DNA of 63,623 nt, filler included, from Octopus bimaculoides (GCF_001194135.2; 4 parts of 3 records of this genome joined end to end with filler, not necessarily neighbours in it), one strand, 5' to 3'; shown: positions 35,573 to 47,953, counted from the first letter of the whole stretch. Notes: generated by a model not told the origin, from the letters alone. Numbers and translations: made by a program.

Positions 35573-36338
35573 CATCCACACTCACAAATACGAATGAGTC
35601 TAAACAAATACAATGTGGAAAGTCTGGGTTCTTAATGAAATGTCGAAGTTTTAAGGGTCAAATATATGAAGAAGGGAGGGGAAGTGCGACTAATTAAAAA
35701 AATACTCGTACAAACGTGGCACTCCGTCGGTTACGACGACGAGGGTTCCAGTTGATTCGAGTGGCCTAGATGGAAGTGGAAGTTCCCTTACAAGAATGTT
35801 TCAACTGTAAATGTGAAAAATAAAAAACATTTTAAACGTTCCAACACTGTAAGGACGTCGCCATTCTTCATATACAAAACGTTATGGATTATGAAGCCGG
35901 AAAAATCAATGTGATTATTGCATAGCTGGTTACATCTCATTCAATAACTCCTTACTTCAATAGTATGATACCACGAAACTTTGACTTAAAAATGACTTAA
36001 CAAATCCTATCAGGTGGTGCTTTCAAGTTAGATATGGCCTCGACCAATCTTTGGCCGAAACATAGCAACATATCTCAGTTATTTATCCCATGATTCAGCT
36101 TGTTCGTTACCTTGTATAGACTTATGAAAACAAGAAGTCAGATACGCAGTGACGAGTGTGTAGCAATAGAGAGAATGCGTTAGCAGTTACGATGTTTATC
36201 TGGTTCATCCGTTATAGCTCGATCATTGAAAACATGTTATGAGCAATGTGTTGTTTTACACATTTCTTAAGAGCTCTTTGCCGCTTTTTAGACTTAGATA
36301 CACACGCACGCACACATAGACACACAGACACAGACACA

Positions 36339-36374
<36 letters not shown>

Positions 36375-36525
36375 NNNNNNNNNNNNNNNNNNNNNNNNNN
36401 NNNNNNNNNNNNNNNNNNNNNNNNNNNNNNNNNNNNNNNNNNNNNNNNNNNNNNNNNNNNTATATATATAAATGAAGAGAGGAAGAAAGATAAAGAGCAG
36501 TGGGAGAAAGAGGGGCAGTGAGAGA

Positions 36526-36568
<43 letters not shown>

Positions 36569-38477
36569 TAGCGGGGGGAGACGGAGTAAGTTAGTTTTTA
36601 TAAACGAGGGTAAAACAACTGAGTACGTAATGCAGAATATATATACTTGTGTAGTTTGCTTTGCGTTCTCAGCAAATATATAAATTGATATACATACATA
36701 CATACATACATTCATACATACATACATACATACATACATACTTACATGCATATATAAATATATATATATGTATGTATATGCATGTATATGTATGTATGTA
36801 TGTACATACATAAATACACACACACACACANNNNNNNNNNNNNNNNNNNNNNNNNNNNNNNNNNNNNNNNNNNNNNNNNNNNNNNNNNNNNNNNNNNNNN
36901 NNNNNNNNNNNNNNNNNNNNNNNNNNNNNNNNNNNNNNNNNNNNNNNNNNNNNNNNNNNNNNNNNNNNNNNNNNNNNNNNNNNNNNNNNNNNNNNNNNNN
37001 NNNNNNNNNNNNNNNNNNNNNNNNNNNNNNNNNNNNNNNNNNNNNNNNNNNNNNNNNNNNNNNNNNNNNNNNNNNNNNNNNNNNNNNNNNNNNNNNNNNN
37101 NNNNNNNNNNNNNNNNNNNNNNNNNNNNNNNNNNNNNNNNNNNNNNNNNNNNNNNNNNNNNNNNNNNNNNNNNNNNNNNNNNNNNNNNNNNNNNNNNNNN
37201 NNNNNNNNNNNNNNNNNNNNNNNNNNNNNNNNNNNNNNNNNNNNNNNNNNNNNNNNNNNNNNNNNNNNNNNNNNNNNNNNNNNNNNNNNNNNNNNNNNNN
37301 NNNNNNNNNNNNNNNNNNNNNNNNNNNNNNNNNNNNNNNNNNNNNNNNNNNNNNNNNNNNNNNNNNNNNNNNNNNNNNNNNNNNNNNNNNNNNNNNNNNN
37401 NNNNNNNNNNNNNNNNNNNNNNNNNNNNNNNNNNNNNNNNNNNNNNNNNNNNNNNNNNNNNNNNNNNNNNNNNNNNNNNNNNNNNNNNNNNNNNNNNNNN
37501 NNNNNNNNNNNNNNNNNNNNNNNNNNNNNNNNNNNNNNNNNNNNNNNNNNNNNNNNNNNNNNNNNNNNNNNNNNNNNNNNNNNNNNNNNNNNNNNNNNNN
37601 NNNNNNNNNNNNNNNNNNNNNNNNNNNNNNNNNNNNNNNNNNNNNNNNNNNNNNNNNNNNNNNNNNNNNNNNNNNCGTCGTCGTTTTGGTGATGGTGGTG
37701 GTGTCGGTGGTGGTAGCGATTGTGGTGTTGGTGGTGGTGGATATAAGTTATGTGTTTTTCCTTTCTATTAAACTTGTTTATGTTGGCGGCCATGTTTTCA
37801 GCTGTGTTCTTTCTCTATATTTTTATATATATATATATATACTTCTCTTCGGGTTTTTAATCTTGTTGTTTCAAAAGAAAGAATTATTAAATGGTCCCTG
37901 AAGAAAGGAATCCAGTTATAGACTTCATGAAAAACAATATATAATATTTTCTCTTTGTATTTTTAAGCATTGTTTTTATTATTTCTTCGTTGCGTTTGGC
38001 CATTAATTCTTTTTCCTCTGCGTTTACTCGTTCATTCGTCTAAACAGTATTCTTTTCTTTATTTTAGTTTTATTTTTTCTTCTACTAAGCGTTTTCTTTT
38101 CAATTGATTCCTTCATTCTTATATTCCTTCATTCTCGTATTCTTTCATTCTTCGTTTCTTCTGATCTTAAGATATTGTTTTTGCCTTTCAAAGTTAACAT
38201 TAAATAATATGGTGCTTTTGATGGATTTCATTCCCATTCGATGGGGCCTCACATCATTTAGGCTGGTTTGTTCCTCTGGAAAAGCATAAACGCCACAACC
38301 TCTCATTTTTTATCCGTTGCATGTATCTTATGCCATTTTCATTTTTTCTCATTGTTTTTTACATTCTTTCATTTTCCAGAAAGCTGGTATTCCCGTGTGT
38401 GTGACCGGGTCTATGTATGTATATATATGTATGTGTTTGTGTTTGTGCGTGCATGCNNNNNNNNNNGGGGGGGTATA

Positions 38478-39369
38478 CAGGGTGCGATGAATAAACTGTT
38501 GTCTAAATTACGCAAAAATTAAAATAACACTGATATCTCATTTTAATAGATACATTTACTAAAATTACATTGAAATATCTTGAAATACTAAAGAGAAAAT
38601 TTATTCAATAAAATTCGCCATTGGCTTCAACCATGGCCTCCAGACGACTTCGGAATCTCCTGCAACTCTTCTAGACGGTTTCCTTGTTTAAGTTGGTGAA
38701 TGCTGCCATAATCCTTGCCTTCAGTTCGTCTTTGGTTTACAAGCAGTTTTGTTGGTCTCTCATTCAACTGCTCCTCACAAATAATAATCACGGAGGTTGC
38801 AGTCTGCGGAGTTAGGTGGCCAGATGTTAGGGGTGATGTGGTCGCAAAAATTGTCTGACAGCCACGACTGGTTTCTCCTGCTTGTGTGGCATGGTGCAGA
38901 GTCCTGTTGCTAGATATAAGATCTTTTAGCAGCCACTCTCTTGACCCAGGGCAGTACTACCTCCTCTAGGCACTTGATGTACGACTCCATGTTGAGTCTG
39001 AGGCCGTGTGGGAAGATGAATGGAAGCATAACGTCGCCATCACTAGTGGTCACTCCAGACACCATGATGTTGACTGGATGTTTGATTTTTATCACTCTCG
39101 GTCCATGTCCTCAGAGTGCACTGTCCTCAGATTAACACCCGAATAATCTGAAATGTTCGTATTGGAGCTTCTGACGCGAACGCCAAGCAGTACAGCCTGT
39201 CGTTTCCAAATTCCTGGCAGAGTGAATTGCATCATAATGCTGTTTTTTTCTCACAAACGGTGCCCAACTAACCCTAGTATACTGTGTAGTCGACAAAATG
39301 AAAATCAAACAATGCGCGTGCGCGAAATAAAAAAAAGTTAAGTGGCAACAATTTATATATCGCACCCTG
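38478..39369 (-). mobile_element. Internally deleted Tc1/mariner DD37D (maT) transposon with both TIRs
   Basis: Imperfect 24-bp TIRs CAGGGTGCGATGAATAAACTGTTG (38478-38501) and CAACAATTTATATATCGCACCCTG (39346-39369), with TA on the left flank. The decayed transposase reads QQDSAPCH...WPPNSADCNLRDY with 37 residues between the last two Asp, and has stops and frameshifts. Confidence 0.85.
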
Positions 39370-41056
39370 CATTTGTATGTATGTATATATTTATATATAT
39401 ATATATATATATATATNNNNNNNNNNNNNNNNNNNNNNNNNNNNNNNNNNNNNNNNNNNNNNNNNNNNNNNNNNNNNNNNNNNNNNNNNNNNNNNNNNNN
39501 NNNNNNNNNNNNNNNNNNNNNNNNNNNNNNNNNNNNNNNNNNNNNNNNNNNNNNNNNNNNNNNNNNNNNNNNNNNNNNNNNNNNNNNNNNNNNNNNNNNN
39601 NNNNNNNNNNNNNNNNNNNNNNNNNNNNNNNNNNNNNNNNNNNNNNNNNNNNNNNNNNNNNNNNNNNNNNNNNNNNNNNNNNNNNNNNNNNNNNNNNNNN
39701 NNNNNNNNNNNNNNNNNNNNNNNNNNNNNNNNNNNNNNNNNNNNNNNNNNNNNNNNNNNNNNNNNNNNNNNNNNNNNNNNNNNNNNNNNNNNNNNNNNNN
39801 NNNNNNNNNNNNNNNNNNNNNNNNNNNNNNNNNNNNNNNNNNNNNNNNNNNNNNNNNNNNNNNNNNNNNNNNNNNNNNNNNNNNNNNNNNNNNNNNNNNN
39901 NNNNNNNNNNNNNNNNNNNNNNNNNNNNNNNNNNNNNNNNNNNNNNNNNNNNNNNNNNNNNNNNNNNNNNNNNNNNNNNNNNNNNNNNNNNNNNNNNNNN
40001 NNNNNNNNNNNNNNNNNNNNNNNNNNNNNNNNNNNNNNNNNNNNNNNNNNNNNNNNNNNNNNNNNNNNNNNNNNNNNNNNNNNNNNNNNNNNNGTTGTAG
40101 CGACATAGTTTTTTTTTTCCTCTTTAAGTTACCCACTATGGAAACAGAGCAAAGATCACTGATTCGAAATATCAATTTCTTCACAACTCATTGCATTTCT
40201 GTTCACTGACCGCTTCTACGCACTCTGTGAATGACATAAAATTAAGCAGAAATTCACACTGTCAGAACGTCCCGCCAATCGGCACAAAATACATTTTCCC
40301 CAATAAAACAGCTGGTGATATAAAAGAAAAAGTACGATAAGTCCTCTGGACATTAACATCTTCAGTCATGGGACTCTTAGAAACCGGTAACCAGCGTTTA
40401 ATTGATAGCACGGCCCACGAACTGAACGCCAATCAGCTGCAGGATCGCTTATTTATCTCTAGGTTGTCTGGAGTACCATAGAATGAAGTATTTTGCTCAA
40501 TAATATAACACACCATCCGGTCCTGGAAATGAAATCCCAATCATGCGAGCAACTTCCTAACCATTTGGCCAGGCATCTGCACAGTTAGTGATATACCATG
40601 ATGTTATCATATCCATTCACAGAGGTCTGTCTTTTTTTTATAGTCATTCTGTGGCAAAATAGACACAATGAAATAAAAACTTGACCAACCTCAATTAATG
40701 TCTTCCTATTTTAGCCGATGTCAAAGCACTCGTGAAGTAAAGCAAGGCAAAAGTCCTCCGCTGCTAATTTAAATTACGATGGTGGCCACCGAAAACAACA
40801 ACGTCACTGCTAAACATACGGCTGACCCTCACAACGCCATTTCTACCTTCTATCACCGTCCATCACATTCCCAATACCACTTTCGATTGTGTATTTTCTA
40901 GTCTCTAACATCAACTGATGCCTTTAGCCGTGTCGGCCACCTTATTGTTTCAAAGATTTCTATTCTTTGACCTCGACAATCAGCCAACGTTCTTTCATAC
41001 AAATTCAATTCTTATTCTCCCTTTGACACAATATTTTCATAACACATCGTTACCAT

Positions 41057-41145
41057 TCTTCTTCTTCTTCTTCTTCTTCTTCTTCTTCTTCTTCTTCTTC
41101 TTCTTCTTCTTCTTCTTCTTCTTCTTCTTCTTCTTCTTCTTCTTC
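41057..41145. repeat. (TTC)n tract ending at a gap
   Basis: Direct inspection. Confidence 0.95.
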
Positions 41146-41697
41146 NNNNNNNNNNNNNNNNNNNNNNNNNNNNNNNNNNNNNNNNNNNNNNNNNNNNNNN
41201 NNNNNNNNNNNNNNNNNNNNNNNNNNNNNNNNNNNNNNNNNNNNNNNNNNNNNNNNNNNNNNNNNNNNNNNNNNNNNNNNNNNNNNNNNNNNNNNNNNNN
41301 NNNNNNNNNNNNNNNNNNNNNNNNNNNNNNNNNNNNNNNNNNNNNNNNNNNNNNNNNNNNNNNNNNNNNNNNNNNNNNNNNNNNNNNNNNNNNNNNNNNN
41401 NNNNNNNNNNNNNNNNNNNNNNNNNNNNNNNNNNNNNNNNNNNNNNNNNNNNNNNNNNNNNNNNNNNNNNNNNNNNNNNNNNNNNNNNNNNNNNNNNNNN
41501 NNNNNNNNNNNNNNNNNNNNNNNNNNNNNNNNNNNNNNNNNNNNTGCTGCTACTGGTGTCGTTAATCTATTTAATATTTCAATAAGATACACCGATATCG
41601 ACTGGAATCAAGTAATTAGTTTCGATTCCCCACTCTTGCCACGAGATATCGATTAGGGAAGGGTTGCGCTAAGGTTTAGTGAGGACTGGGTCACGGC

Positions 41698-41699
41698 AT

Positions 41700-41769
<70 letters not shown>

Positions 41770-42190
41770 ACTACAGTGGTGATAGCAGCTGTGATGGTGG
41801 TAGTTTTTAATGGTGATGGCGATGGTGATAATGACTGCTGTGGTGGTAGTGATGGTGGTGGTAGTGGTGGTGGCGGTAGTAATGGTGATGGTGGTGGTGG
41901 TAGTGCTTGTGGTGATGCTGGTGCTGGTCATGGTGGTAGTAGTGATGGTGGTGATGGTGGTGGTGCTGGTGCTGGTGGCCGTCGTGCTGCTGCTGATGTT
42001 GGCGGTGGTTGTGGTGGTAGTGGTGAAGACGGTGGTGTAGTAAAAGTGTTACCGTGAGAATTTATTGAAATATAGTGTTGATGATGATGATGATGATGTT
42101 CGTGATGGCGATGGCGATGGTGATGGTAACGGTGGCGTGGTGTTGTGTTGGTCTTGAGCCGTGGTGCCGATGGCAGTAACAATAACGGTC
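41698..42190. repeat. Mosaic trinucleotide array (ACT/GCT/GGT/GAT)n
   Basis: Direct inspection. Confidence 0.88.
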
Positions 42191-42544
42191 TAAATAATCG
42201 TAATGGCGGTGAAGTGGAAGTGTGAAGGGTAAACTACACAAGGTGCGAGGCGTATTTGAGGACACATTTGGTTATTTAATAAAAGAACATTAATCTAGAG
42301 CAAAATTAAATATATTTTAATAAAATTCAATGCCCATCTTTTCGATAAGCTTTCTCAAGAGATTATTTATGAATTCGCCTCAAAATTCGGTAACTGTTTC
42401 GATGCGGCACCAATACTAATGACATGTTCGCACTAAATGGTCCTTACTCATTTTGGATATCATCTTTAACCAGTGGTTCCCAACCATTTTCTTACCTATG
42501 AAGTTTTTCGATTTTTATATGACTCGGGTGGGCGCTTTTGATTT

Positions 42545-42735
42545 ATATGTTGTGCATCGAAAAATACCGTAGGAGTGAGAACCCAGGTTCGAAATTACCC
42601 CAAGACACCTGATGAAGGCTGGAGGGTATATCAGCCGAAACGTTGTGTTAACAATAAACAAGATGAGGACAAATATCTGTCAAATAATGTAAATTAAGTA
42701 CGTAATTCCTCATCTCTTAAATATAGAACTGTTTC
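42545..42735 (+). mobile_element. Penelope-like element terminal (pLTR) fragment
   Basis: Carries a minimal hammerhead motif of the kind typical of Penelope pLTRs. No coding region is attached, so the assignment is by motif only. Confidence 0.55.
42604..42649 (+). ncRNA. Minimal type I hammerhead ribozyme motif
   Basis: GACAC-CTGATGA-A-GGCTG(gagggtatat)CAGCC-GAAA-CGTT-GTGTT. The core is intact, stem II is 5 bp, stem I is 5 bp, stem III is the palindrome AACGTT, and predicted cleavage is after GUU at 42644. Confidence 0.75.
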
Positions 42736-42749
42736 GGATTTAAAGTTGA

Positions 42750-43260
42750 CAAGTTTTTAAGCCACAAGTTTGGTGCTACATGATCGTAAAGATTGTCTGC
42801 CATCAATTCTCGAGTTACGTGGGTTTTGTGAGAAGAGGCTGAGTCTTGTTGGAATGTTGACGACCTTCCACTAAGTACTTCATCCGACAGCTTATCAAAT
42901 CAAATGTCTTCAGCCCTGAACGTATCCATTTATTTTAAGACCCTGCGGAAAGATGTGAGGTGACATGACACGACTGTCGTTTCTAGTCACTCATAAAAAC
43001 CATCCCAGATGCTGGAAACTTTTGTGTGCATCCCTAAGGAGACATCAGAAGTATCTGCATATAACCATCTGTCATTTATTTTTCATCTTAGACATCGCTA
43101 AAGTCTAATTAGCTGGAACAATCGTCTTATGGCCGTTGTTGATGTCAAACAGAGAGAGTCTACCTAATATAAGTTCAAGTTCTTCCGTGAGATAGATCTA
43201 TAGCGTTACTTAGTTCTGACTTTCTCAGAATGTTTTCTTGTCGGAAATGTTGTTGTAGTT
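42750..43260 (-). mobile_element. Third DD37D (maT)-type transposase remnant
   Basis: Frameshifted pieces NDRW..., PHIFPQGLKIN and FQQDSASSHKTHVTRELMADNLYDHVAPNLW align by eye with the 38478-39369 element. Confidence 0.65.
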
Positions 43261-43658
43261 TGCTATTTACCATCCCCTATCGGATGGCAGGTAGGCCACA
43301 TAAAACTCATACACTCTTTGGCAGGTCTTGCTTTTAATCCTGCTGGGCGTCCAGACGTTCTCTTCACAAGAGTAGCAAGCGACCCTAGTGGGGGAACCGG
43401 TTAAGACGCTGACCACTGGAACATGGTACAAGACGGACTGAGTCTAAAAGCACAGATATATCAGTCGCAGACGAGAACCATCCAGCAACGGTGATCACTG
43501 TTATGATGTAGATTACAGCTTCGTTTGGCTTTTGCCAGTAGCATGTTGCCAATATTTACTTGTACTTGCAACGGAATTCATCTGGGGCTGGGTTGAACTG
43601 GCCTCGACTATCGAGTTCACCACGTCTCTCACGAATGCTGACCAGTTCCGACATTTGG

Positions 43659-43710
<52 letters not shown>

Positions 43711-44699
43711 CAACAACAACAACAAACTCGACGACTCGTTTTAAGTACCATTATGTTGGTGTAGGTTATTAGTTTTTATACTATCGTTGGCAGTGNNNNN
43801 NNNNNNNNNNNNNNNNNNNNNNNNNNNNNNNNNNNNNNNNNNNNNNNNNNNNNNNNNNNNNNNNNNNNNNNNNNNNNNNNNNNNNNNNNNNNNNNNNNNN
43901 NNNNNNNNNNNNNNNNNNNNNNNNNNNNNNNNNNNNNNNNNNNNNNNNNNNNNNNNNNNNNNNNNNNNNNNNNNNNNNNNNNNNNNNNNNNNNNNNNNNN
44001 NNNNNNNNNNNNNNNNNNNNNNNNNNNNNNNNNNNNNNNNNNNNNNNNNNNNNNNNNNNNNNNNNNNNNNNNNNNNNNNNNNNNNNNNNNNNNNNNNNNN
44101 NNNNNNNNNNNNNNNNNNNNNNNNNNNNNNNNNNNNNNNNNNNNNNNNNNNNNNNNNNNNNNNNNNNNNNNNNNNNNNNNNNNNNNNNNNNNNNNNNNNN
44201 NNNNNNNNNNNNNNNNNNNNNNNNNNNNNNNNNNNNNNNNNNNNNNNNNNNNNNNNNNNNNNNNNNNNNNNNNNNNNNNNNNNNNNNNNNNNNNNNNNNN
44301 NNNNNNNNNNNNNNNNNNNNNNNNNNNNNNNNNNNNNNNNNNNNNNNNNNNNNNNNNNNNNNNNNNNNNNNNNNNNNNNNNNNNNNNNNNNNNNNNNNNN
44401 NNNNNNNNNNNNNNNNNNNNNNNNNNNNNNNNNNNNNNNNNNNNNNNNNNNNNNNNNNNNNNNNNNNNNNNNNNNNNNNNNNNNNNNNNNNNNNNNNNNN
44501 NNNNNNNNNNNNNNNNNNNNNNNNNNNNNNNNNNNNNNNNNNNNNNNNNNNNNNNNNNNNNNNNNNNNNNNNNNNNNNNNNNNNNNNNNNNNNNNNNNNN
44601 NNNNNNNNNNNNNNNNNNNNNNNNNNNNNNNNNNNNNNNNNNNNNNNNNNNNNNNNNNNNNNNNNNNNNNNNNNNNNNNNNNNNNNNNNNNNNNNNNNN

Positions 44700-44763
<64 letters not shown>

Positions 44764-44764
<1 letters not shown>

Positions 44765-44894
44765 CACTACTGGGCACTGCACACATCCTACGCAAAACAC
44801 TTTCAATACAGTAACCATAGGAGTATCACAGCAAACCACAGCACATACCCAAGGCACACAGAGCTGCGCTCGGTGGTGAAATGAAATCACGCTA
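44764..44894 (+). mobile_element. Extreme 3' end of an R4/Dong-like retrotransposon between (TAA)n tracts
   Basis: Encodes ALLGTAHILRKTLSIQ* (44764-44814), the typical R4-clade C-terminus, followed by an 80-nt UTR. Flanked on both sides by (AAT/TAA)n. Confidence 0.75.
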
Positions 44895-44902
44895 TAATAA
44901 TA

Positions 44903-44958
<56 letters not shown>

Positions 44959-44961
<3 letters not shown>

Positions 44962-45310
44962 CCTACCAAAAACTGAGCAAATATAAAGATCTTGAAATAG
45001 AAATTAGCAAAATGTGGAATCTGAAGACGAAAACAATACCTATTGTCATAGGTGCCCTGGGAATGACAGCGAAACGGGCTGATTACTACCTAGATCNNNN
45101 NNNNNNNNNNNNNNNNNNNNNNNNNNNNNNNNNNNNNNNNNNNNNNNNNNNNNNNNNNNNNNNNNNNNNNNNNNNNNNNNNNNNNNNNNNCCAAATATAT
45201 GGTACCCTAGGCATAACACCTACATGAACTTCTAACTTGTTGTCTCTTGAGGTCTCTGGGTGAGACTTGGATCCAACTTGTACAAATGCAAAACAAAAGT
45301 CAGACATAAA
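44959..45310 (+). mobile_element. Second 5'-truncated R4/Dong-like fragment, interrupted by a gap
   Basis: Encodes TYQKLSKYKDLEIEISKMWNLKTKTIPIVIGALG, the RLE C-terminal block. A different 3' UTR follows the gap, and (TAA)n lies on both sides. Confidence 0.8.
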
Positions 45311-45327
45311 ATAATAATAATAATAAA

Positions 45328-45650
45328 TCATGAAAGAAAGAGAAAAAGTTGATAAATATGGAGACCTGACAATTGAGATCGCTAAGTTGTGGCAGCTAAG
45401 ACGAGAGTCAAGCATAAAGGCAATCCCTATTGTCATCGGAGCATTGGGTTCAATACCACCCAACCTGAGAAAACATCTGAAAACCTTAGAAATACCTTAC
45501 AATCTGGCTGTGTTGCATATGTCAGCATTACTTGGAATTGCATGTATATTGCGTAAAGCACTGCCTGTCTGAGGTCCTTGTTGTGACTGGACAAACAGTA
45601 CACAAAATCTTCAATCAATAACATCACAATATTGGATACTGTGCGGTGTC
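45328..45650 (+). mobile_element. Third 5'-truncated R4/Dong-like fragment
   Basis: ORF 45330-45572 reads KEREKVDKYGDLTIEIAKLWQL...IPIVIGALGSIP...ALLGIACILRKALPV*. It has its own 3' UTR ending at (TAA)n. Confidence 0.82.
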
Positions 45651-45729
45651 TATAATAATAATAATAATGATGATGATGATAATAATAACAACAACAACAA
45701 CAACAATAAATAATAATAATAGATGTTTC

Positions 45730-45910
45730 AAATTTTGAGTCAAGTTAGTCGATTGTGTTGACCGCAGTGCCTCCATTGGTGCAATTTTATCGGCCTCGAA
45801 AGGAAGAACGGCAAAGTCGGCGTCGTCGGAAAGTGAACTCGGAACGTAGCAAAAAACGGAAGAAACGGTGCTAAGCATTTTGTCCGGCGTGGTGACGATT
45901 CTTCCAGCTG
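45730..45910 (-). mobile_element. SINE group A copy
   Basis: Reverse complement of the group A consensus. Confidence 0.75.
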
Positions 45911-45953
45911 GTCACTTCATGCAATAAACTGGTAAGGCTAGAAGTAAATAAAG

Positions 45954-46140
45954 TTGGTTTTGGCCGAAACAAGAAACCGAAACGTCAATCTGATAAAGGC
46001 AAAGATTGACAAAACTCAGTTGGACAGCAAACGCAGAATCTGTGGGGAAAAAGACGAAAGCATTAACCATCTCTCGAATGTATACAGAAAACTACCACAC
46101 AAAGAGTATAAGCGCAGGTACAAGTGTGTTGGTAAAGGAG
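45954..46140 (+). pseudogene. Decayed R4/Dong-like fragment, zinc-knuckle region
   Basis: NLIKAKIDKTQLDSKRRICGEKDESINHL...EYKRRY resembles the family pattern IKA.IDK...DSKCR.C...ES..H...C....EYK.RH, with Cys/His losses. Confidence 0.65.
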
Positions 46141-46159
46141 TTTTACCTGATGTTTCCCA

Positions 46160-46572
46160 TTAATTTGACTACTCCTGTGCTTGTACAACTAATAGTGACC
46201 CTTAATTAGTGCTTCTCAGTTTCCGTCCGTCAAGCAAAACCAACGATCATTACTTCCAACATTCTCCGTTTGTTGCATAAATTGGCCACGCAGTGCCATT
46301 TCTTTCCATTTGTTGATTTTGTTGTTCTTCCATTTCGTTTTGAATTCTCATACTCTTTCAGTCACTTCTTGAATATCTCTGGCTGCCGACAGCGTTCTTT
46401 CCCTACACATCACAACATAATTTTTCAGACCCAACATCGCAGTACTCATAGTGTCTTCAGCGTTTAGTAATCTTCTACCACCATCCGTTCTTGGAAGGTA
46501 GAATCGGTCGGTATTGCTTTTGAGGTGGTGTGAGTTGTACTTTGTGAGAAGCTTTATAGTTCTTCTATCCAA
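46160..46572 (-). pseudogene. Decayed R4/Dong-like fragment, post-RT (thumb/linker) region
   Basis: DRRTIKLLTKYNSHHLKSNTDRFYLPRTDGGRRLLNAED, followed in another frame by W(KEM)ALRGQF, are conserved motifs of this clade. The fragment starts directly at a minus-strand (TAA)n tract (46578-46630). Confidence 0.7.
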
Positions 46573-46575
46573 TTA

Positions 46576-46632
<57 letters not shown>

Positions 46633-46728
46633 TAGTCAAAACGAAGAGCGCGATTTTAGATGTTTTATTTTTTGAACAACATTTCGACAGAACGTCTGTC
46701 TTTCTCAAGTTCAAACCAAATGGTGATT

Positions 46729-46828
46729 NNNNNNNNNNNNNNNNNNNNNNNNNNNNNNNNNNNNNNNNNNNNTTAATTAATTAANNNNNNNNNNNNNNNN
46801 NNNNNNNNNNNNNNNNNNNNNNNNNNNN
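46729..46828. other. Artificial 100-bp scaffold spacer
   Basis: 44 N + TTAATTAATTAA + 44 N. Confidence 0.93.
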
Positions 46829-47189
46829 TGTGTGATGCAGGGAAGATTTGGTTGCTATTTCTTACTGATCGAGCAACCACTTCCTCGTATTAAAGGACTT
46901 GCTTGTGTGTGCAGACAACAAAATGCCTTCCTGTCTTCCAGCGACATCGTTCGTTTGCTAATGAGATATTTGAACCCGTGCCTCGCCCATCAAATTATAT
47001 TCGGGTTGTTTGTAATTGTCAGTGACAAACTGGTTGAATAGGAGAGTTACGAGTGGCCGCACCCTCTCAGCGAGCAGGAGAGCGAGGAACTCATTAATAA
47101 TGGAAATAATGGTAAATGGAGACCAGCTGGCATCATCTCTCACTCGTAAAGGCTTCGCTGATATGTTTGATGGCCTGGCCGTTTCAAAA

Positions 47190-47460
47190 GGAGCGTCATG
47201 ATGACGATCGAGGCCATGGTGGCGACGACGACGATAATGATGATGATAATGATGATGGTTGGTGGTGATGATGAGGATGAGGAGGAGGAAAAGGAAAAAA
47301 TAAGACAGAAGAAAAGGGAAATTGAGTGAAGAAAAAGAAGAAGAAGGAGTAGTAGTTGGAGAAGGAGAGAAAGAAGAAGGAAATAAAAAAAGAAAGAAGA
47401 CAATGACAAAGACGACGACTAAGACGATTATGGTGATGATAATTATGATGATGATGGTGT

Positions 47461-47505
<45 letters not shown>
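47190..47505. repeat. Mosaic (GAT/GAA)n array
   Basis: Direct inspection. Confidence 0.88.
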
Positions 47506-47748
47506 CAGCTGGTTGTTCTGTCTAATCTATCCCTCTGTTTTCTACAAGGGAGCGAAGCACTTTTCCTGAACCTTAGCCTCACCTTTCACCAGATCGATCA
47601 GCCTCGCACATCCCCTTTCAGTAGTCGGGCAGCAGGGTAAAAGTCTGGTCGCTTTACTTCGTAGTTGTAGCACTCAAAAATTCATAACAATAATCCATGT
47701 TAAGGGCCTTTTCTTAATGTCCGATAGATTTCTCATATTTATCTGTAC

Positions 47749-47953
47749 CGGCAGAATCGTTTGCACGCCGGGTAAAATGCTTAGCGGCATTTCGTCCGGC
47801 TTTACGTTCTGAGTTCAAATTCTGCCGAGGTCCACTTTGCCTTTCATCCTTTCGGGGGTCGATAAATTAAGTACCAGCTGTGTACTGAGGTCGATCTAAT
47901 CGACTGACCCCCCTCCCACCAAATTTTAGGCCTTGCGCCTATAGTAGAAAGGA
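47749..47953 (+). mobile_element. SINE group A copy followed by (ATC)n
   Basis: Near-consensus full copy that runs into (ATC)n. Confidence 0.85.

Noticed and set aside
42236-42450. Possible additional mariner right end (minus strand LSKRW peptide)
   Set aside because: Too degenerate to support, and no matching TIR pair.
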